DNA from: an uncultured Gemmatimonadales bacterium
GTDB taxonomy: Bacteria; Gemmatimonadota; Gemmatimonadetes; Gemmatimonadales; Gemmatimonadaceae
Assembly (NCBI GenBank): GCA_963851265.1
Contig: CAWKNZ010000007.1
Coordinates: 1 to 64,000 of the forward strand
Length of the DNA: 64,000 nt
Direction: 5' to 3'
Of this stretch, positions 57,572 through 64,000 are shown in pieces. Each line of letters starts with the position of its first letter. Position 1 is the stretch's first letter. The position numbers were made by a program, and so were the translations under genes. The notes under the pieces were generated by a model. That model saw nothing but the letters and a program-made list of their open reading frames with translations, was not told the DNA's origin and did no database searches.

Positions 57572-60500
57572 GGGCAGGCACGGAGCGTGGGGAAGTCGTC
57601 GTGGGCTGGCGACGGTCGCCGACGCGGCGGTCGCCGTCCGGGTGCCGCCAGGGCGCGTCCGCGCCGTCGTGATCACCGTCGTGGCCGTCGCCGTCGTGGT
57701 CGTGGCCATCGCCGTTCGAGCCGTTCCCGTCGGAACCGTTCCGGCGCTCGCCCTGCCGGCGCTCCGGCGGCGTGTCGGCGGCGTCGGCCGCGGGCGCGGC
57801 CGGCTGGCCGTTGGGCCGGCCGCCGTTTCGCTTGAGGTCCTCACGCTGCTTCTCGCGGCCCGTGAGGGCGGGCTCGGGCAGCTCCTCGTCCGGCGCGGGC
57901 GCCTTCTTCCGCATCAGCGAGTACAGGGTCGGCAGCACGAACAGCGTGTACAGGCTCGCGACGAGCAACCCGCCGATCACCGCGCGGCCGAGCGGGGCGT
58001 TCTGCTCGCCACCCTCGCCGATGCCTAACGCCATCGGCAGCATGCCGAGGATCATCGCGAGCGCGGTCATGATCACGGGGCGCAGGCGCGTCACGCCGGC
58101 GCTGACCGCCGCGTCGTGCGCGTCCTTGCCTTCGGCCCGCTCGTCTTCCGCGAACGTCAGCAGCAGCACCGAGTTGGACGTGGCCACGCCGAGCGCCATG
58201 ATCGTCCCCATGAGCGACGGCACGTTCCACGTCGTGTGCGACGTGAACAGCCCCCACATCGTCCCCGCCAGCGCGCCCGGCAGCGCGAGCACGATGATGA
58301 GCGGGTCGACCCACGACTGGAAGTTGACGACGAGCAGCACGTACACGAGCAGCATCGCCGCGAGGATGCCGAGCACGAGCCCCTTGATCGACGTCCGCAT
58401 GCTCTCGACCTGCCCGCGGACGTGCAGTTCGGAGCCCTTCGGCAGCTTCTCCGACTGCGTGATCTTCTCGATGTCGGAGGCGACGCCGCCGAGGTCGCGG
58501 TCGGTCGCGCTCGCGTAGACGTCGAACGAGGGCTGCACGTCGTAGTGCGTGACGATGGCCGGCGCGAGATCGCGCGACTCGGTGACGAGGTTGGCGAGCA
58601 GCTGCGGCTGCGCACTGCCCCCCGGGGGCGCGACCGGCGTGCGCGCGAGCGCGTCGATCGACGACAGCTGGTAGGGCGGCACCTGCACGGCCACCTGGTA
58701 CTGCACGCCATTGCTCGGGTCGAGCCAGAAGTTGGGCGCGCTCTGGAACGATCCGCTCAGCGCGATGAGCATCGAGCTGGCGACGTCGCGCGTGCTCACG
58801 CCCGCCTGTTCGGCGCGCAGGCGGTCGATCGAGAAGAAGAGCTCGGGCGCCGTGGTCACCTGCTGCACGCGCACGTCGCTCGCGCCGGGCACGCGTTTGG
58901 CGCGGTCGGCGATGCGCGTCGCGATCGCGTAGTTCGCCTGCGCGTTGCGCCCGGTGATCTGCACGTCGATGGGCGACGGCAGGCCGAGGTTGAGGATGCG
59001 CGTGACGATGTCGGCCGGCTGGAAGTAGAACTCGACGTCCGGGTACTCGGCGCGCAGCGTGTCGCGCAGCTCCGCCTGGTACGCGGCCACCTTGCCCGTG
59101 TGCTTCTCTGCGAGCGACACGAGGATCTCGCCGTCGAACCCGCCGATCGTCGCCTGGTCGCCGGTCGCGAGCGTGACGCCGCCGCCGGCAAGCCCGACGT
59201 CGTCGAGGATCAGGCCGATCTCGCTCGGCGCGATCACGCGGCGGATGGTGCGCTCGACCGAGCCGAACACGAGTTCGGTCTCTTCGAGACGCGTGCCCGG
59301 ACGCGCGCGCAGATGCAGGCGCAGCTGGCCGGCGTCGACGCTGGGGAAGAAGTCCTGCCCGATCTGCGGCATCAGGGCCAGGCTGCCGAGCGCGAACACG
59401 GCCGCGATCGCGAGCGTCCAGACCGGCACGCCGATCGCGCCGGCGAGCAGGCGGTGGTAGCCACCCCGCAGCTTCTCGAACTGTCGGTCGATGTGCACGT
59501 TGAGCCGCCACGTCCACCCGGCCTTCATCTTCTTCTGTTCCTGGTCGGCGCCGTGGTGCAGGTCGGCCTCCTTCTTCAGGAGATACCGGGCCATCGTCGG
59601 CACGAGCGTGCGCGACAGGATGTACGACGCGAGCACCGCGAAGATCACGGACATCGCGAGCGGGCGGAACAGCGACGCCGCCGGCCCGCTCAGGAAGAAG
59701 ATCGGGACGAAGACGATCGAGATCGACAGCGACGACACGAACGCCGGCACCGCGATCTGCGCCGCGCCGTCGAGGATCGCCTGGAGGAGATCCTTACCCT
59801 CGGCCAGGTTGCGGTGCATGTTCTCGATCTCGACCGTCGCGTCGTCGACCAGGATGCCGATGGCGAGCGCGAGGCCGCCGAGCGTCATGATGTTGAGCGA
59901 CTGCCGGAGCGCCCACAGGCAGACGACCGACGTGAGGATCGACAGCGGGATCGACGTCACGACGATGAGCGTGCTGCGCCACGAGCCGAGGAACAGCAGG
60001 ATCATCGTCGCCGTGAGGCACGCCGCGATGAGCCCCTCGCGGATGACCCCCTGGATCGACGCGCGCACGTACGTCGACTGGTCCGAGATCACCGAGAGAC
60101 TGATGCCGGCGGGGATCGACGCCTGGGCGCGGCCGAGCAGCTCGCGCACCTGCTTCACCACCTTGAGCGTCGACGCGCTGCCCGTCTTGAGCACTTCGAG
60201 GTAGGCGCCGCGGCGGCCGTTCACGCGCACGATGTTGGTCTGCACGCCGGCGCCGAGCCGCACCTGCGCGACGTCGCGGATGTAGACCATCTGCCCGTTC
60301 ACCTGCTTGATGGGCAGGTCGTTGAGGCGGTCGGCCACGGTCGGGCTCGCGTCGAGGCGCACGCGGTACTCGCGGTCGCCGAGCCGCGCCGTGCCCGTCG
60401 GGAGCACCACGTTCTGCGTGTTGATCGCCGACGAGACGTCGCTCGGTGTGAGGCCGAGCGCGTACAGCCGGTTGAGGTCGATGTCGACGTTCACCTGCTT

Positions 60501-61044
60501 GGGCGCGCCGCCGAACACCGGCGGGATGTTGGTGCCCTGCGCGGTCACGAGCTGATTGCGGACGAACTGGTTGCCCGCGTCGTTCAGCTCCTGCTCCCCC
60601 ACGTCGCCGGCGATGCCGATCTGCATCACCGGGACGTCGGTCGCGTTGAAGCGGATGATGTAGGGCGGCGTGATCCCCGGCGGCATGGTGCCGCACCGCG
60701 GACTGCGACGAAGCGGTGATCTGCGCGACGGCGTTCTCGACGCTCGTGCCCGGCTGCAGGAAGACGCGCACGACCGCGAGGCCGTCGAGCGCCTCGCTCT
60801 CGACGTGCTCGATGTCGGTGACGCCGATCGTGTACGACCGTTCGGCGACGGTCATCACGCGCCCTTCCATCTCCTTGGCCGGCAGCCCGTTGTACACCCA
60901 CACGGCCGAGACCACCGGCAGGTTGATGGCCGGGAAGATGTCGGTCTGCATCGAGAGCGCCGCGTACGCGCCCACGAGGATCATGAGGATCGCGAGGCAC
61001 GCCGTCGTGAACGGCCGCCGCAGCGAGAGTTTGACGATCCACAT
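57564..61044 (-). pseudogene. RND efflux permease with a 1-bp insertion frameshift near 60691 (1159 aa if repaired)
   Basis: N-terminal MWIVKLSLRRPFT...SSQSAVR is in one frame and MPPGITPP...GILVDDATVEIEN...RLRPVIMT in another; span 3481 nt = 3x1160+1. Confidence 0.85.
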
Positions 61045-61076
61045 CGGTCAGCGCCTCGCCGTGAGAAACGGGACGG

Positions 61077-62891
61077 TCACAGCTCGCGCCCGACGAACGC
61101 GTTGAGGCTCGTGCGGGCGAGGGCGTAGTCGTACGTGGCGTTCACGAGCTGCTGCTCGGCCTGCGTGAGCTGCTGCTCGGCGTTGCTGAGGTCGAGTACG
61201 GTGGCAACGCCCGCGCCGTACCGCACGTTCTGCACGCGATAACTCTCGCGAGCCACCTGCACCGCCGTTTGCGACAGGCGCACCTGCTGTGCCGTGAGCG
61301 CGATGTTGCCGAGCCGCCTTTCGACTTCCGACCGCGCCTCACGCTCGGCGTCGGATGCCGACACCTGCGCCACCTGCGACGCGGCCGCGGCGCGGTCCAC
61401 CTGGTACTCGCGCACGTTGCCGTTGAAGATCGGGTAGCTCGTCGTGAGCGCGACGGCCCACCCCTGCCGCGCGCCGGCGAGGGCGAGCCCGCTCGGCGCC
61501 ATCGTGTAGCTCGTGCCGAGCCGGACGGTCGGGAGGTACTGCGCGCGTGCGGCCCCGACGCCCGCCTCGGCCGCGCGCGCGGAGTCGCGGGCCGCGACGA
61601 GCGTGGGCGCCGCGCGCAGGGCGAGCGCGAGGATCGCCGTGTCGGCGAGGGCGAGCGGGCGCGGGACGATCGCGGTGTCGAGCCGCGCCTCGACCGCGCC
61701 CGGCACGCCGGTCAGGCGGCCTAACGCGTAGGCCGACGCGCGGCGCTGGATCGCGGCCTGGGCGTAGGCGACGCGCGCGTTGTTGAGCAGCAGCTCGAAC
61801 TGCAGCACGTCGGCCGGGGTCGCGGTGCCCACCGCGCGCCGGCGCCCCGCCTGGCGGGCGTCCTCCGCCGCGCGACGCACCTGCGCGAGCGCGACCGCCT
61901 CGAGGTCCTCGGACCGTCGCACGTCGTAGAAGACGGTTTCCACCTGTTCGACGACGAGGAAGCGCTGCGAGACGGAGATCGCCTCGGCCGCCCGCGTCTC
62001 GGCGCGCGCACGGCGCGTGTCCGCCGCGCGCCGTCCGCCGGTGAACACGTCGTAGCCGGCCACCAGCGTCATGTACGCGGTGTTCCCGATCGAGGCGGGC
62101 GTGCCGGGCGTCGTGGTCCCACCACCCGCACCCGTCTGCGCGACCGGTGCCGACGGCACGGCGATCCCGCGCGAGAGCGTCGGCGTGCTCGATGCCCGGT
62201 TGGACGAGCTACCCGAGCCGAACGTGCCCCCGAATCCGCCCGCCGCGGTGCCCGAGCTGTCGCTGCCGCCGGTGGTGGTCGTGCCCGTGCCCCCGATGCC
62301 GGTGGGACCGATCACGCCCGCGAGCGACTGCCCCGCGAGCGTAGGCGTGCCGTTGCGTAGCACGCTCGAGTTCACGGTGAGGGACGGCAGGTACTCGCCA
62401 TACGCGACGCGCTCGGCCGCGTGCGCCAGGCGCACGACCGCGCCCGCCCGCGCGGTCGTCGGACTGAGTTCGATGGCGCGCGCCACGGCCTCCGTGCGGC
62501 GCAGCGTGGCGCTCACCCGGAACGGCGGCAGGTTGGCGACGACGTCGGAGGTGTCGGCGGGAGGGCCCGACGGCACGTTACGCAGGCCGAGTCCGCCGGT
62601 CGCGCCGCTTGCCGCGCCGCCCGGCGCAGCGCCCGCCCCGCGTCCGCCGGCCGCGCCGGCCGCGCCGCCAGCCGCGCCGCCGCCCGACCCGGAGCCAGAG
62701 CCGGCACCGCCAGAGCCGGCACCACCCGAGCCGGCTCCGCCGCCACCCGCCCCCCCGCCGCCCGACCCTCCTCCACCGCCGCCTCCGCCTCCGCCCCCGC
62801 CACCCTGCGCGTGCGCCGCCGCGCCGCACACCGCGACGCACGCCAGTGCGCCCAGCGCTCGTCGAAGCGCTCCGGCCGTATGCCCCCGCAT
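61077..62891 (-). CDS. TolC-family outer-membrane efflux protein with poly-Gly N-terminus
   Basis: Signal peptide AHA-Q, GEYLPSLT, AQYLPTV, RYGAGVATVLD; first gene of the RND operon. Confidence 0.85.
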   Translation of the reverse strand: MRGHTAGALRRALGALACVAVCGAAAHAQGGGGGGGGGGGGGSGGGGAGGGGAGSGGAGSGGAGSGSGSGGGAAGGAAGAAGGRGAGAAPGGAASGATGGLGLRNVPSGPPADTSDVVANLPPFRVSATLRRTEAVARAIELSPTTARAGAVVRLAHAAERVAYGEYLPSLTVNSSVLRNGTPTLAGQSLAGVIGPTGIGGTGTTTTGGSDSSGTAAGGFGGTFGSGSSSNRASSTPTLSRGIAVPSAPVAQTGAGGGTTTPGTPASIGNTAYMTLVAGYDVFTGGRRAADTRRARAETRAAEAISVSQRFLVVEQVETVFYDVRRSEDLEAVALAQVRRAAEDARQAGRRRAVGTATPADVLQFELLLNNARVAYAQAAIQRRASAYALGRLTGVPGAVEARLDTAIVPRPLALADTAILALALRAAPTLVAARDSARAAEAGVGAARAQYLPTVRLGTSYTMAPSGLALAGARQGWAVALTTSYPIFNGNVREYQVDRAAAASQVAQVSASDAEREARSEVERRLGNIALTAQQVRLSQTAVQVARESYRVQNVRYGAGVATVLDLSNAEQQLTQAEQQLVNATYDYALARTSLNAFVGREL

Positions 62892-63049
62892 CTGCCCTCG
62901 CTCACTGATCCGGCACCGCCACGCGACTCGGCACCAGACTGCCGCCTCGCGTGGAACCCCAGGCCGCGCGCCATCGCACGACTCGCACCGTCTCGGGGAA
63001 TACGCCCCGGCCCGTCGACGCGTTGCCTGCGGGTCGCGTCCGCGCTCCT

Positions 63050-63090
63050 CCGACGCGCCCCCGACGCGCCCCCGACGCGCCCCCGACGCG
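63050..63090 (+). repeat. Intergenic 11-bp tandem repeat CCGACGCGCCC (three full units plus a partial one)
   Basis: Direct reading of the tolC-ppc divergent region. Confidence 0.8.
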
Positions 63091-63209
63091 TTCCTCGCCC
63101 GTCGCCCACGCGACCCCGGCGCCGCCCGGCCGCACGCCGACCGGGCGTGCCGTTTGCGGAACACGCGCAGGCGAGCAGGCCGGAGCGCCCCGTCCCGTTG
63201 GAGACCGTC

Positions 63210-64000
63210 GTGCTGAAGTCCGCTGTCGATCCGTCCCCGGGCCCCGCGGCCCCGGCGCCCCTGCCTAACGCAACCGCCGGTCCGGCCCACGACGCCGCCC
63301 GCGACGCGACGCGCGCCGAGGATCAGCCCCTCCACGAGGACGTGCGGTGGCTCGCCGGCGCCCTGGGGCGCGTCATTCGGCGGCTCGAAGGGGACGACGC
63401 GTTCCACACGGTCGAAGGGCTCCGCCGCGCCTGTCGGGCCCGGCGGCACGGCGACCCGGGCGCGCCCGCGCTGCCGGCGCTCCTCGCGCAGGTCGAGGCG
63501 CTCACGCCCGAGGCGTCCGCGATCGCGGCGCGCGCGTTCACGCTCTTCTTCCTGCTCATCAACACGGCGGAGCAGGTGCACCGCGTCCGACGCCGTGCCG
63601 ACTACCTCGGCGCGGACGGCGTGGAGCGGGCACCCCAGCCAGCGTCCGCGCGGTGGACGATGCGCCGCCTGCGCGACGAGGGCCGTAGCGCGGCCGAGGT
63701 GGCCGACGCGCTCGGGCGGCTCGCGATCCGCCCCGTGCTCACCGCGCACCCGACCGAGTCCACCCGCCGCACGCTCCTCGCGCTGCAGGCGCGCGTGGCC
63801 GACCTGCTGCTGCGCCGCGAGGCGAGCGCGGCCGCCGAGCGCGTCGCCGTCGAGGAGGCACTCGACGGCGAGGTCGAGTTGCTCTGGCTCACGGCCGAGG
63901 TGCGCCACGACCGGCCGACCGTGATGGACGAGGTGAGCACCGTGCTCTGGTACCTCGAGACGCGGCTCCTCGACGCCGGCGCGCACGCGCACGACGCCCT
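63210..64000 (+). CDS. ppc: Phosphoenolpyruvate carboxylase, N-terminal part (runs off the window)
   Basis: Not in the ORF track. Reads LHEDVRWLAGALG, ARAFTLFFLLINTAEQVHR, PVLTAHPTE, LWLT.EVR..RPTVMDEV; GGAG upstream of GTG 63210. Confidence 0.9.
   Translation, partial: MLKSAVDPSPGPAAPAPLPNATAGPAHDAARDATRAEDQPLHEDVRWLAGALGRVIRRLEGDDAFHTVEGLRRACRARRHGDPGAPALPALLAQVEALTPEASAIAARAFTLFFLLINTAEQVHRVRRRADYLGADGVERAPQPASARWTMRRLRDEGRSAAEVADALGRLAIRPVLTAHPTESTRRTLLALQARVADLLLRREASAAAERVAVEEALDGEVELLWLTAEVRHDRPTVMDEVSTVLWYLETRLLDAGAHAHDA

Overview
Very GC-rich (about three quarters G+C by eye) bacterial chromosomal DNA. Gene content and style suggest Gemmatimonadota (inference, not verified). In order: the 3' half of a tRNA, most likely tRNA-Cys (1-39); a PAS/GAF histidine kinase, a GGDEF protein and a GGDEF-EAL protein (0.2-10.8 kb); a 14-kb cluster of unknown function (10.8-24.9 kb: YnjF-like CDP-alcohol phosphatidyltransferase, YnjBCD-like ABC importer, TonB-dependent receptor, SelD-N-terminal-like flavoprotein, MerA/LpdA-like disulfide reductase, TVP38/DedA protein, DUF547 and a radical SAM enzyme with Tes/GDGT-MAS-like motifs); RidA, DUF937 and an orphan RND pump; a LysR regulator with an ATAC-N7-GTAT site facing a frameshifted gene; a stressosome operon (rsbRST, phosphatase, two kinases) followed by an atypical Clp ATPase; an alpha/beta hydrolase and a GMC dehydrogenase pair; a SAM-II riboswitch ahead of metY-metX-panB; a serine hydrolase, LacI, an M1 peptidase and a beta-propeller phosphoesterase; a tripartite RND system with glycine-rich tails and a frameshifted permease; and the start of ppc. 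The two strongest unexplained signals are the 14-kb cluster and the non-palindromic motif (C)GTTAGGC, counted 24 times by hand on both strands. No CRISPR array, integrase or transposase was seen. Family assignments come from recalled motifs, not database searches, and start codons were chosen by eye.
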